NCBI GenBank assembly: GCA_963787125.1
Contig: CAWBBV010000006.1
Location: forward strand, 64,001 to 128,000
Length of the DNA: 64,000 bases
Direction of reading: 5' to 3'
Origin: an uncultured delta proteobacterium
GTDB lineage: Bacteria; Desulfobacterota; Desulfuromonadia; Geobacterales; DSM-12255
Each line of letters begins with the position of its first letter. Positions within the stretch are counted from its first letter, which is position 1. The translations under genes were made by a program, and so were the position numbers. The notes beneath the pieces are model-generated. The model was not told the DNA's origin. It worked only from the letters and a program-made list of their open reading frames with translations, and did no database searches. This document shows, one piece after another, positions 24,480 to 34,368 of this stretch.

Positions 24480-24580
24480 CCGGCATGACAGCTCGAATGT
24501 TTTGTCCTCGTTCTTGAGGACAAAACATTCGCCGCTATTTTTCAGGTATGATCCATAGGTGTTGATAACGGGAGTTGCAC
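24480..24580 (-). pseudogene. cas1: 5' stub of CRISPR-associated endonuclease Cas1 (frameshifted, truncated)
   Basis: AGAGGT RBS, GTG CAA CTC [+CC] GTT ATC AAC ACC TAT GGA TCA TAC CTG AAA = MQL/VINTYGSYLKNSGECFVLKNEDKTFELSCR, matching a Cas1 N-terminus; similarity stops after about 33 codons. Confidence 0.68.
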
Positions 24581-24685
24581 GGTTACCTCTCAAGATTTGT
24601 TCAGTCATGGGGTGGCTTGCCAGCTATTTGCCTTTCTACAATCGCCAGTTTCTGATATAGTTCTGCAACGTTATGGGAGGACGCA

Positions 24686-24937
24686 ATGAGAAGCGGATCA
24701 ATATCTGTTAAGCTGCCGGAACCGGTTAAAGTTCGTCTGGATTATCTTGCCAGAGCTACCCATAGAAGCCGCTCATCCCTGATTACAACCGCAGTTGAAG
24801 AGCTGCTCTCCGTTGAAGAGTGGCAGCTCAAAGGGATCAGGGAAGCTCTGGCGGAAGCGGACTCAGGCAATCTGATCGCCCACGAAGATATCAAGCTTGA
24901 ATGGGAGACACGTCGTGCAGGTCAAGTGGACAAATAA
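24686..24937 (+). CDS. CopG/ribbon-helix-helix antitoxin
   Basis: SISVKLPEPVKVRLDYLARATHRSRSSL...WQLKGIREALAEADSG; GGGAGG RBS; overlaps the toxin gene. Confidence 0.85.
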   Translation: MRSGSISVKLPEPVKVRLDYLARATHRSRSSLITTAVEELLSVEEWQLKGIREALAEADSGNLIAHEDIKLEWETRRAGQVDK

Positions 24938-25199
24938 AGCGCGGCGCGACCTCGCCAGCGTTGAAAAGTACATTGCCCAAGACAATCCAATCGCCGCCAT
25001 AGAAACAGTCTTCAAGATCATCGCCGCTGCCGAGACTCTCGTTAATTTTGCCGATACTGGCCGACCCGGCAGAATTCCTGCCACACGCGAACTGGTCATT
25101 ACCGGTCTCCCCTATATCGTTCCCTATCGAGTCAGTAATTGCACTGTCGTTATTCTTCGCATCTATCACACCTCCCGTAAATGGCCGGAACAACTCTGA
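24915..25199 (+). CDS. RelE/ParE family type II toxin
   Basis: GTG start; VKWTNKARRDL..YIAQDNP.AA...GRPGRIPATRELV...PYIVPYRV...ILRIYHTSR. Confidence 0.9.
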   Translation: MQVKWTNKARRDLASVEKYIAQDNPIAAIETVFKIIAAAETLVNFADTGRPGRIPATRELVITGLPYIVPYRVSNCTVVILRIYHTSRKWPEQL

Positions 25200-25216
25200 A
25201 ATGCACCCCCTGACAA

Positions 25217-25489
25217 TTAAGCGGCACTTCCCAATAGTCCAAACTCCTTTGACACCATCTTCCCCGCGCCGACAAAGGCCGCCTTCTCGGCAACGGTCAG
25301 TGCATCGGCAATCATCAAGTCGAGCTTTTCACTGAAGGCGGCAATATCTTTTGCCTTGAACGGCTGCTTGATCGGCTTTGACTGATTAGCCTGCTTGATT
25401 ATCTCCCCACGGGTAAGACCGCTAGCCTTATATTTCTGGTAGAGGGCAATCTCAGCCGGTTCACCAGCGGTGATGATGGCAGGGTCTAT
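25217..25489 (-). pseudogene. Headless 90-codon ORF fragment (C-terminal remnant of an unknown, possibly ParB-like, gene)
   Basis: Stop-free IDPAIITAGEPAEIALYQKYKASGLTRGEIIKQ...GLLGSAA* begins 2 nt after the nuoN stop with no start codon or RBS. Confidence 0.35.
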
Positions 25490-25491
25490 AG

Positions 25492-26865
25492 CTACGGCAT
25501 AAAAATCATCGGCACAAGACCGGCAACAAGAATCAATAGGGCAACAGCAGACAGTACAAATTTTTCCGCAAAACTGACTTCCGCTTGGCTATGCTGTTCT
25601 GATTTGTGCATATACAGATTAACCACAACCTTAAGATAGTAAAATACCGAAACCGCAGCGGTCAGGATGCCGATAATCGCCAGTGCCGTCTCCCCGCCCC
25701 GGAGCGCCGCCGCAAATATCATGAATTTGCCGGTAAAGCCTGCTGTCGGTGGAACCCCTGCCAGAGCGAACATGGCCAGGGCAAGTATTGCTGCGGGAAA
25801 AGGCTGCGCCCCTCCCCCCCCTTTGTAATCCTCCAGTTGATCCGTACAGCCGTTTCGTTCGAAAATAGCCACCGCGCCGAATGCTGCCAGACTCAATAGC
25901 GCATAGACAAGAGCGTAATAAAGCGCCGCGCTGAAACCGCCGGATCTGCCAGAGAGAAGCGCCAGCCCCACATATCCCATCTGGGCAATGGAAGAGTAGG
26001 CAAGCATCCGCCGGATACTTTTCTGCAAGAGGGCCGCAAGATTTCCCAGAACCATGGAGGCGGCGGCCAGGAGCAGCAGCGGCATCCTCAGAGCAGCGGT
26101 GTCACCTGCCGCGGCCAGGAGCATGACCGCAAAAACTATGGAGGCGCTCTTTGAGCCGCCGGAAAGAAAGGCGACCACCGGCGCCGGAGCCCCTTGATAA
26201 ACATCAGGCGTCCAGAGGTGGGCCGGAACAAGGGAGAGCTTGAAGGCGGCGCCGATCAGGATAAAGCCCCAACCGCAAAGAGCGACCGGATCGCCGGAAC
26301 CGAGTTTCACCGCCGCCGCAAGCTGCAAAGAGCCTGACGAGAAATATAGTAGCGCCATACCGAAGGCAAGAAATGCCGCGGACAGCGCCCCGAGCAGAAG
26401 ATACTTGAGTCCGGCCTCGCCTGAACGGCTACTTTTCAGATCCATGGCCACCAGGATATAAAAGCCGAAGGTCATTGCCTCCAGGCCAAGGAACAGAACC
26501 AGCAGGTTGGCCGCAGAGACAAGCGCGACCATGCCGAAGGTGGCAAAAAGAACTGTTGCCGTATACTCCTCGCCCTGGATGCCGCGCCATTCGTTGTATT
26601 TTTCAGAGAGAAACAGCACCGCCACACCCAGCAGGCAGAAAATCACCGTGAACAGCCTTGCAAGCGGAGTAGCTGCGAGTCCCAGTTGCGGTGCATAAAT
26701 CGTTGGCGGTGCCTGAATACTCCAGAGAACTGCTCCAATCAGCACAGCCACAGCAATCAGTAAAGGGGTGCGTCCCGGGAATATCACCCCGAAGAGCAGC
26801 GTCAGTACGGCTCCGCACGAGATCAGCAGCAAAGGAATTGATATCCAGAGATCAGCGACTGTCAC
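25492..26865 (-). CDS. nuoN: NADH-quinone oxidoreductase subunit N
   Basis: EAGLKYLLLG, FKLSLVPAHLWTPDVYQGAP, RMLAYSSIAQ, GVPPTAGF. Confidence 0.95.
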   Translation of the reverse strand: MTVADLWISIPLLLISCGAVLTLLFGVIFPGRTPLLIAVAVLIGAVLWSIQAPPTIYAPQLGLAATPLARLFTVIFCLLGVAVLFLSEKYNEWRGIQGEEYTATVLFATFGMVALVSAANLLVLFLGLEAMTFGFYILVAMDLKSSRSGEAGLKYLLLGALSAAFLAFGMALLYFSSGSLQLAAAVKLGSGDPVALCGWGFILIGAAFKLSLVPAHLWTPDVYQGAPAPVVAFLSGGSKSASIVFAVMLLAAAGDTAALRMPLLLLAAASMVLGNLAALLQKSIRRMLAYSSIAQMGYVGLALLSGRSGGFSAALYYALVYALLSLAAFGAVAIFERNGCTDQLEDYKGGGGAQPFPAAILALAMFALAGVPPTAGFTGKFMIFAAALRGGETALAIIGILTAAVSVFYYLKVVVNLYMHKSEQHSQAEVSFAEKFVLSAVALLILVAGLVPMIFMP

Positions 26866-28346
26866 GGCAGACCTCCGCTCAAAACGGCAACGGGCAGTTT
26901 GATAAGATCAAGAAAAGGCGCCGGATGGATTCCCAGAGTAATGACGGCTACCGCCATAGCCGCCATCAGCAGGCTCTCACGGGGAGTAAGATCAAGGCTG
27001 ACCTTGATGGCCCGCTCTTCCTGAAACAGCAGCTTCTGCACCAAGAGCACCGTATAGACCAGCGACAGCACCACCCCGGCAAAAGCGGCAATCGCTGCCA
27101 GCGGCTGGGCCCTGAAACTCCCGACCAGCACCAGAAACTCCCCGACAAAATTATTGAGCCCGGGCAGACCGGCTGACGCCATGGCAAAGAGCAGAAAAAA
27201 GGCTGAAAAGCGGGGAATCTTTCCCCAGAGACCGCCGAAAGCCGCCAACTCACGGGTCTTCGCCCGTTCGTCAAGCATGCCGACCATGGCAAAGAGAGCC
27301 GACGTAGTCACGCCGTGATTCACCATCTGGATAACCGCCCCGGAGAGCGCCACCGGGTTCCAGGCAGCGATACCAAGAGCCACAAACCCCATGTGGCCGA
27401 TGCTGGAATAGGCGATCATCCGTTTCATATCTTCTTGAGCAAAGGCTATCCAGGCGGCGTAGACAATGCCGATAACCGCCAGGGTCATCACCAGCGGCGT
27501 CATGGCTCTGGCCGCTTCCGGAAAGAGCGGGTAGCCAAAACGGATCAGACCGTAGGCGCCGGTTTTCAGGAGCAGACCGGCCAGAATGACGCTCCCGGCA
27601 GTCGGCGCATCCGTATGGGCATCAGGGAGCCAGGTATGAAGCGGCACGACAGGAAATTTAAGTGCAAAGGCAAACAGAAAGGCGCCGTAGAGCCATAATC
27701 CGGTTACAGGTGAAAGCGGAGTCTTGAGCAGCTCGAAAAGGGCAAAGGTGTAGACGCCGCTCTGCTGGCCGTGGAGCAGGTAGATGCCGATAATGGCAAG
27801 CAGCATTAAGAGCGAACCAGCAAGGGTGTAGAGGAAGAATTTGACCGCTGAATAGATGTTTCTGCCATGCCCCCAGATGCCGATGAGAAAGAACATCGGG
27901 ATCAGCATCACCTCCCAGAACAGGTAAAAAAGAAAGAGATCCAGGGAGAGGAAAACACCGGTGATGCCGCACTGCATCAGGAGAATCAGGCTGTAGTGAA
28001 GGGGAGCTTTTGTTGTTATCGAGCGCCAGGAGGTGATGATCGCTACGAGGGTGACAAAGGCGGTCAATAGGACTAGTAGCAGCGAAATGCCGTCCATGCC
28101 GAGGATGTAGCGAATACCGAAAGCCGGAATCCAGGGAAGATCAGTATAGAAGAAAAATCCTGACGGTGCGCCGCTCTGCACGAGTTTAGCGGCGGACCAG
28201 CAGCAACAGACGCAGAGTAGTTCAAGGGCCGCCACCCCCAGAGCAAGAGATCTGGCAAGCGCGGGTCTGTTTTGCAGGCAGAGAAGCGCCAGGGCGCCTG
28301 CCAGGGGGAGGAAGAGAACAGTTGTCAGGATTACGCTGTCATTCAT
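26862..28346 (-). CDS. nuoM: NADH-quinone oxidoreductase subunit M
   Basis: GMDGISL, FWEVMLIP, HTWLPDAH, LLKTGAYG, GLPGLNNFVGE. Confidence 0.95.
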   Translation of the reverse strand: MNDSVILTTVLFLPLAGALALLCLQNRPALARSLALGVAALELLCVCCCWSAAKLVQSGAPSGFFFYTDLPWIPAFGIRYILGMDGISLLLVLLTAFVTLVAIITSWRSITTKAPLHYSLILLMQCGITGVFLSLDLFLFYLFWEVMLIPMFFLIGIWGHGRNIYSAVKFFLYTLAGSLLMLLAIIGIYLLHGQQSGVYTFALFELLKTPLSPVTGLWLYGAFLFAFALKFPVVPLHTWLPDAHTDAPTAGSVILAGLLLKTGAYGLIRFGYPLFPEAARAMTPLVMTLAVIGIVYAAWIAFAQEDMKRMIAYSSIGHMGFVALGIAAWNPVALSGAVIQMVNHGVTTSALFAMVGMLDERAKTRELAAFGGLWGKIPRFSAFFLLFAMASAGLPGLNNFVGEFLVLVGSFRAQPLAAIAAFAGVVLSLVYTVLLVQKLLFQEERAIKVSLDLTPRESLLMAAMAVAVITLGIHPAPFLDLIKLPVAVLSGGLP

Positions 28347-28353
28347 AGGTTAC

Positions 28354-30231
28354 TCACTGTCCCATAGCCGTAAATACCAGCCAGCCAACCACAACCGCCA
28401 AACCGGCGGCAAAGCTGAGCAGATAGCTTGAAACCCTGCCGCTGTTCCAGGCGGACAGGACTTTACCACTCCTGCCGAGCAGCGTCGCAAAGCGGTCAAG
28501 GGAGTCATCAATAAGCCCTTCATCAACCCGTTCCCAGAGCAGCCGGGAGAGCTTGACAAAGGGGGTTACGAAGAGCCGCCGGTAGAGCGCGTCAAAGTAC
28601 CAGCCATGCAGCAGAAAGAGCGTCAACCTGGACGGATCGCGCTCAGACTCAAGCGCTCTCAGCCCCCGTTTAGCTGGGTTGTACCTGAGATACGCTGCAC
28701 CTATGCCGGCAAGGGAGATCAGAGCGGCAGATAACGACAGGAGCAGTTCTTCAAGGTGCGTGAGGTGATGACTCTGATGCTGCAGGAGCGGGGCGAGAAA
28801 ACTGTCCAGAATCCCGCTGCCGATCAGCGGCGGCAGATTAAGGAGCACGCCGCCAAGGCCGAGGATTGCCAGCGGGAGCAGCATTCGCTCCATGGTAACC
28901 GGGACTTTATGGGGATTTACCCCGTCACCTTCAAAAACCAGCAGCACCATGCGGAAGGTGTAAAAGGCCGTCAACAGGGCCGAGAGAAGCCCGACTAGAT
29001 AAAGCGAAGTGTAGAGCATTCCGCCCTGACTCCAGAGGGCCGTCAGGATACTCTCCTTGCTGAAAAAGCCGCCGGTAAAGGGGAAGCCGGCCAGACAGAG
29101 CGCCCCGGCGAGGAATGGCCAGTAAGTGCCGGGAGCCATCCGTCTCAAGCCCCCCATCCTGAAGACGTTCTGTTCATGGCCCATGGCAGTTATCACGCAG
29201 CCGGCGCCGAGAAAGAGGAGCGCCTTGAAAAAGGCGTGAACAATCAGATGAAAGGTGGCCGCATTGATCGCCCCGACCCCGGCCCCCATGACCATGAAGC
29301 CGATCTGGCTAATGGTGGAATAGGCGAGAATCCGCTTCAGATCCCGCTGCGCTGTAGCGCAGGTTGCCCCGTAAAAGGCTGTCGCCCCCCCGGTAATGGC
29401 TATGGCTGCCAGAGCGACCCCTGACAGGCTGATGAACGGAAAGAGCCGCATCAGCAGGTAGACACCGGCGGTCACCATGGTCGCCGCATGAATCTGGGCA
29501 GAGACCGGTGTCGGCCCGGCCATGGCATCGGGGAGCCAGACCATGAGCGGCAGCTGAGCGGACTTGCCGCTTGCACCAATAAGGAGCAACAGGCCAATGG
29601 CGGTAACTACGCCAACCGGCAGGAGATTCCCGAGCAGATTTATTTCTGTGATGGAAACTGTGCTGAAAAGCTGAAACAGCCAGAGAATGGCGATACCGAG
29701 AGCCACATCCCCTACCCTGGTGACGATGAAAGCTTTTCTCCCGGCAGTGGCGTTCTGCTCTTCTTTGTACCAGAAACCGATGAGCGCATATGAGCAGAAA
29801 CCGACCCCTTCCCAGCCGAGATAAAGCAGCGGCAGATTCTCGGCCAGAATAAGGAGGAGCATGGCCGCGACAAAAAGGTTAAGCAAGGCAAAGAAGCGGA
29901 TGAAATCCGGCTCCCCAGCCATATAGGCAACCGAGTAGATATGAATCAGGCCGCAGACAAAGGTGATCATCAGGCAGAGGGACAAAGAAAGTGAGTCAAG
30001 GTAGAGGGTTATTGGGGCGGAAAAGTCGAATACAGAGAGCCAGCCGCAAAGAATGACCTTCAACGGAGTCGTGTAGCAGCTCAAAGCTGTGGCAGCGGCA
30101 GCGAAGCTTCCCCAGATGACCGAACAGGCAATTGCTTCACTAAAGCGGCGCGGCAGGTAACAGCCGAACAGCATGTTCAGCAGCGCCCCGAGTAGCGGTA
30201 GGAGGATTATCAGTTCGAGGGCGGTTTTCAT
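28354..30231 (-). CDS. nuoL: NADH-quinone oxidoreductase subunit L
   Basis: GWEGVG, GKSAQLPL, WLPDAMAGPTPVSA, HAFFKALLF. Confidence 0.95.
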   Translation of the reverse strand: MKTALELIILLPLLGALLNMLFGCYLPRRFSEAIACSVIWGSFAAAATALSCYTTPLKVILCGWLSVFDFSAPITLYLDSLSLSLCLMITFVCGLIHIYSVAYMAGEPDFIRFFALLNLFVAAMLLLILAENLPLLYLGWEGVGFCSYALIGFWYKEEQNATAGRKAFIVTRVGDVALGIAILWLFQLFSTVSITEINLLGNLLPVGVVTAIGLLLLIGASGKSAQLPLMVWLPDAMAGPTPVSAQIHAATMVTAGVYLLMRLFPFISLSGVALAAIAITGGATAFYGATCATAQRDLKRILAYSTISQIGFMVMGAGVGAINAATFHLIVHAFFKALLFLGAGCVITAMGHEQNVFRMGGLRRMAPGTYWPFLAGALCLAGFPFTGGFFSKESILTALWSQGGMLYTSLYLVGLLSALLTAFYTFRMVLLVFEGDGVNPHKVPVTMERMLLPLAILGLGGVLLNLPPLIGSGILDSFLAPLLQHQSHHLTHLEELLLSLSAALISLAGIGAAYLRYNPAKRGLRALESERDPSRLTLFLLHGWYFDALYRRLFVTPFVKLSRLLWERVDEGLIDDSLDRFATLLGRSGKVLSAWNSGRVSSYLLSFAAGLAVVVGWLVFTAMGQ

Positions 30232-30536
30232 TCTTCTCGCAGCTCCCTGAAAGCGTCTACATCAACCCCTTTGCGCCGCCGTTGCAGGTAGACAACCATT
30301 GCCAGCGCCAGCGAAACCTCGGCAGAGGTCATGGCAATGATCATCAGGGCGAAAATCTGGCCATCCGGCGCCCCCCAGCGGTACGAGCCACCGACAAAGA
30401 CCAGCATGGCCGCATTGAGCATGATCTCGATCCCCACCAACAACATGATGACGTTGCTGCGCCAGACAAGAGTGCAGATAAGCCCGAGGGTGAAGATGAT
30501 GGCAGCCAGGATCAAGATGGAGGCTAACGGGATCAT
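30228..30536 (-). CDS. nuoK: NADH-quinone oxidoreductase subunit K
   Basis: IEIMLNA, GQIFA, SAEVSL. Confidence 0.93.
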   Translation of the reverse strand: MIPLASILILAAIIFTLGLICTLVWRSNVIMLLVGIEIMLNAAMLVFVGGSYRWGAPDGQIFALMIIAMTSAEVSLALAMVVYLQRRRKGVDVDAFRELREE

Positions 30537-31030
30537 TGCAACCCCCTCTTTCTGCCCAGATAAAGCGCGCCGACAACCGCAAACAGCAGCTGCATGGAGA
30601 TTATCTCCACCGCTACCCCGTATCTGCCGAACAGTGCTACGGCAAACTCCCTGGCCCCGATCTCTACTCCAACCCCGCCATGAAGAGAGCGGAGCGTTGC
30701 CGCTGAAACAACTGCAAAGAGAACGACTGCCGTCAGGAGCAGCGGCAGAACCCAGATCATGACGGCAGGCCGCTTAGCCTCATCAGGATGGCCGAGATCA
30801 AGCATCATGATAACAAACATGAACAGCACCATAACCGCACCGGCATAGATGATCACCTCGAACATTGCCACCAGCGGCGCTGCCAGCAGGTAGAAGATCC
30901 CGGCCAGAGCAAAGAAGGAGGTGACGAGATAGACAATGGCATGAACCGGATGTCTTTCGGTGATCGCCAGAAAAGTGGCCAAGATCATGACTGCTGCGAG
31001 TATGTAGAAAATTATCGTTATTGGATTCAC
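30533..31030 (-). CDS. nuoJ: NADH-quinone oxidoreductase subunit J
   Basis: HPVHA, YAGAVMVLFMFVIMML. Confidence 0.93.
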   Translation of the reverse strand: MNPITIIFYILAAVMILATFLAITERHPVHAIVYLVTSFFALAGIFYLLAAPLVAMFEVIIYAGAVMVLFMFVIMMLDLGHPDEAKRPAVMIWVLPLLLTAVVLFAVVSAATLRSLHGGVGVEIGAREFAVALFGRYGVAVEIISMQLLFAVVGALYLGRKRGLQ

Positions 31031-31557
31031 GGCAGCAGCCCCCGCACATCCACGGGCGGCTTCTCTTCTGCCCCCTCACCCCGCGACTGCCCGACACCGA
31101 TCCCGGCATGCCGGTAAAAGTTATAACTGTCATCCTTGCCGCAGTGATCCACCAGCAGATCCTCCTTTTCATAAAGAAGATCCATGATATCCCGTTTGCA
31201 GATTTCATAATCGGGAGTCATCTGGATCGCCATGGTGGGACAGGCCTCGGCACAGAGCCCGCAGAAAATGCAGCGGGAAAAGTTGATCCTGAACCAGACC
31301 GCATAGCGGCGACCATGCTCACGCTCGCCGGCCTGCATGGAGATGCAGTCTACCGGACAGGCAGCCGAACAGAGATAACAGGCCACGCACCTCTCCTCCC
31401 CTTCAGGATCACGGGTAAGGATGATCCTTGCCCGGTAGCGTGGGGATGGCTGGCGTTTCTCCTCAGGATACTGGATCGTCACCGGCCTGCGCAGGATATG
31501 CTTCCAGGTTGTCCAGAGCCCGAGCAGAATCGCTTTTATGTCATCAATAACTTTCAT
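31027..31557 (-). CDS. nuoI: NADH-quinone oxidoreductase subunit I
   Basis: TIQYPEE; two CxxCxxCxxxCP ferredoxin motifs. Confidence 0.95.
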   Translation of the reverse strand: MKVIDDIKAILLGLWTTWKHILRRPVTIQYPEEKRQPSPRYRARIILTRDPEGEERCVACYLCSAACPVDCISMQAGEREHGRRYAVWFRINFSRCIFCGLCAEACPTMAIQMTPDYEICKRDIMDLLYEKEDLLVDHCGKDDSYNFYRHAGIGVGQSRGEGAEEKPPVDVRGLLP

Positions 31558-31566
31558 CAGTATAAA

Positions 31567-32559
31567 TTATCCTCGCAGCTGTAGCCACCACGCCGTAATC
31601 AGAATATTCACCAGCGCCAGCGGCGTCAGAACCTTCCATCCGAGGTGCATGAGTTGATCGTAGCGCAGCCGCGGTAATGTCCCCCGCAGCCAGATGAAGA
31701 AAAAAGCAAATGCCAGCGTCTTAAAAGTAAACCAGAAGATTGGCGGCAAAAACGGCCCCTGCCAGCCACCGAGGAAAAAGGTGGTTGCCAGTCCCCCCAG
31801 AACGATGATGTTGATATACTCACCTACAAAAAAGAGCCCGAAGCGCATTCCCGAATATTCAGTATGGAACCCGGCCACCAGCTCACCCTCCGCTTCCGGC
31901 AGATCGAACGGAATCCGCTTGCACTCGGCAATGATGCTGATGAGAAAGATCAGAAACGCCAGCGGCTGATAAAGGATAAACCAGCCATCAGCCTGGGCAG
32001 CCACGATTTCCGAGAGGCTGAAAGAGCGGGCCAGCATGACAACCGGCACCAGGGAGAGCCCCATGGAGAGTTCGTAGGAGATAAGTTGCGCCAACCCGCG
32101 AATGCTGCCGAGAAGGGCATATTTGGAATTCGACGCCCAACCGCCCAGAGCAACGCCATAAACGGCGATTGAAGAAAGTGCCATAAAGAGGAGCAGGCCG
32201 ATATTGAGATCGACCACCTGCAGGGGAATCTCTCTGCCGAACAGATTAAGCGGCGCACCGAACGGTACGATCGCAAAGGTCATGATTGCGGGAATGGCGG
32301 CCATTGCCGGGGCAAGGTAAAAAAGCCACTTGTCGCCGCCAGGGGGCCTGAAATCCTCTTTGGTAAGGAGCTTTATCAGGTCTGCCAGCGGCTGCAAAAG
32401 GCCGAACGGACCAACACGATTCGGTCCCTTTCGATCCTGTATCCAGGCGAGCACCCGCCGCTCGGCAAAGACCAGATATGCCGCCAGGGTCAGAATCGCG
32501 ATCAGGACTGTCGTGATTTTTACAAGGGTAACAACAATGGAGAGAATGTCAGTGGCCAT
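31567..32559 (-). CDS. nuoH: NADH-quinone oxidoreductase subunit H
   Basis: [39 protein letters not shown]. Confidence 0.96.
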   Translation of the reverse strand: MATDILSIVVTLVKITTVLIAILTLAAYLVFAERRVLAWIQDRKGPNRVGPFGLLQPLADLIKLLTKEDFRPPGGDKWLFYLAPAMAAIPAIMTFAIVPFGAPLNLFGREIPLQVVDLNIGLLLFMALSSIAVYGVALGGWASNSKYALLGSIRGLAQLISYELSMGLSLVPVVMLARSFSLSEIVAAQADGWFILYQPLAFLIFLISIIAECKRIPFDLPEAEGELVAGFHTEYSGMRFGLFFVGEYINIIVLGGLATTFFLGGWQGPFLPPIFWFTFKTLAFAFFFIWLRGTLPRLRYDQLMHLGWKVLTPLALVNILITAWWLQLRG

Positions 32560-34366
32560 GAGAACCTGCCCTGAATTGCTCTATCAGCTGAGAGATAACC
32601 TTTCCCGCAGCTCTTGGCGCACCGCCGGGAACGTCAAGGCTGTGAACTCTTGGCGGATGCCCTGATTCAATCGTCACGGCTAAAGGGACACCCGGACCCA
32701 TGACTTTTTTGAACTCCTGCGTCCGCCCCTCATTGTTGACGTAGGAGCCGTCCATCTCGACCCAGGCGGTTGTGGGGAGAACTATTTCGGCATCATCAAC
32801 ATTTTGGGTCTTCTTCCAGTCGAGTGCGGCAATTATCGGAACCTTGCCTCGCAATTCCAACGGGACATCAGTCTCCACGGCAATTATCCCCCTGACCTTT
32901 CCTGAGCTGAGCGCCATCTCCAGTGACACCCCCGCATGATCGCGTGAGAGAGCGGCCACGCCAAAACCGTTCGGGCCGGCAAAGAGCGGGGCAAATTTTG
33001 CCTCTGCATGCAGGATATTCTCAATTTCCGCGACACTGCTCCTGACAGTGCTGAAAATGACCACCGGGTGCTCGAATATCCCTATCGGGGCTTCTTCTAT
33101 AAAATCAATATCGACCGCTTCAATTGAAACCGCCGCTGTCTGACCAAGAGGCGCACCTTTACCGACCAGCAGCACCGGAGCCCCCCCACGCCAAGCCTGA
33201 CGAACGGCAAGGAGCATCATCGGTGCTTCATCAAGGAGATCACATTCATAGATGACGATGCAGTCGGCTTTAGTAACGTCCTCCAGCGAAGCCCTGTTCT
33301 CGGCGGGAATATCTGAAACGGCTCTGACTGCCGCTTGACAGCCCTTTTCCTCAACGAAAAAACAGAGATGGCTGGCAGAAGCTGCTTTTGCCAGCGGGGC
33401 GAGCAGTTGAGCCGCCTCCAGCGACAATCGGGAGGAAGCAACAACAGCAATACTCCCCTTGTCAAACTGACCGGCTCGCGTTACTACTGCATCAACAGCT
33501 TCGCTCCAGGACGCCTCCAGGCCTTTAATCAGGGGGGTCCGCGGTCTAAAGTACGCATTCACGATCTTCTCGGCAAAACGGCCTTTATCACAGATAAACC
33601 AACCGTTAACAGCATCATTTCTTCCCGCTTTTATTTTAAGCAGCTCCCGGTAGCGGGCGACCGGAACGATACTGCAACCGAGGGAACACTCCGGACAGAT
33701 CGAGGGTGCCATGTCGTAATCCCAGTAACGGGCTCGATAGCGGGCGGTTTTATCAGTAAAGACACCAGTGGGACAGATATCAATAAGATTGCCGGAAAAG
33801 GGTGACTGCAGCATTCCCTCCTCAAAGCGGCCAAAGTAAACCCGGGATGAGCTCCCCATAACACCGAAATCATCACCGCCGGCGAACTCCTGATAGAAGC
33901 GGACACAGCGGTAACACTGGATACAGCGATTCATCTCGTGCTCTATATAAGGGCCGAGATTCTGATTAAGGTGCGTCCGTTTTTTGCCGTCGTAGCGGCG
34001 CTGCGAATGGCCACCGGCAATGGTACAATCCTGCAGCAGGCATTCGCCCCCTTCATCGCAAACCGGACAGTCGTGGGGATGGTTGATCATCAGCCATTCG
34101 ATCACATGGCGCCGCATCTCTACCGCCTCAGGATCGTCAGTCGATATGACCATTCCCTCTTGCGCCGGCACCATACAGGACATCTGCAGCCCCTTCATCG
34201 GCCCGTCAAGCACCTTGACGGCGCAAGCCCGGCAAGAGCCCGCCTTGCCGAGCGCCGGATGCCAGCAGAAGTGCGGAATGAAAATGCCGATGGCTTTGGC
34301 CGCCTCCAGGATATTTGTCCCTTCTGCTACTTCCGTAGCAATGTTGTCAATTATCAGTTTCGGCAT
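32549..34366 (-). CDS. nuoG: NADH-quinone oxidoreductase subunit G
   Basis: [37 protein letters not shown]; start taken at MPKL. Confidence 0.93.
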   Translation of the reverse strand: MPKLIIDNIATEVAEGTNILEAAKAIGIFIPHFCWHPALGKAGSCRACAVKVLDGPMKGLQMSCMVPAQEGMVISTDDPEAVEMRRHVIEWLMINHPHDCPVCDEGGECLLQDCTIAGGHSQRRYDGKKRTHLNQNLGPYIEHEMNRCIQCYRCVRFYQEFAGGDDFGVMGSSSRVYFGRFEEGMLQSPFSGNLIDICPTGVFTDKTARYRARYWDYDMAPSICPECSLGCSIVPVARYRELLKIKAGRNDAVNGWFICDKGRFAEKIVNAYFRPRTPLIKGLEASWSEAVDAVVTRAGQFDKGSIAVVASSRLSLEAAQLLAPLAKAASASHLCFFVEEKGCQAAVRAVSDIPAENRASLEDVTKADCIVIYECDLLDEAPMMLLAVRQAWRGGAPVLLVGKGAPLGQTAAVSIEAVDIDFIEEAPIGIFEHPVVIFSTVRSSVAEIENILHAEAKFAPLFAGPNGFGVAALSRDHAGVSLEMALSSGKVRGIIAVETDVPLELRGKVPIIAALDWKKTQNVDDAEIVLPTTAWVEMDGSYVNNEGRTQEFKKVMGPGVPLAVTIESGHPPRVHSLDVPGGAPRAAGKVISQLIEQFRAGSHGH

Positions 34367-34368
34367 AA

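Noticed and set aside
24399..25490. CRISPR array near the cas1 stub
   Set aside because: No regularly spaced direct repeats seen here or elsewhere in the window
25814..25821. Homopolymer tracts (C8 in nuoN, C9 at 2151-2159) as phase-variation sites
   Set aside because: Reading frames are intact, one tract is in a core respiratory gene and the other at a gene's last codons; no evidence of slippage
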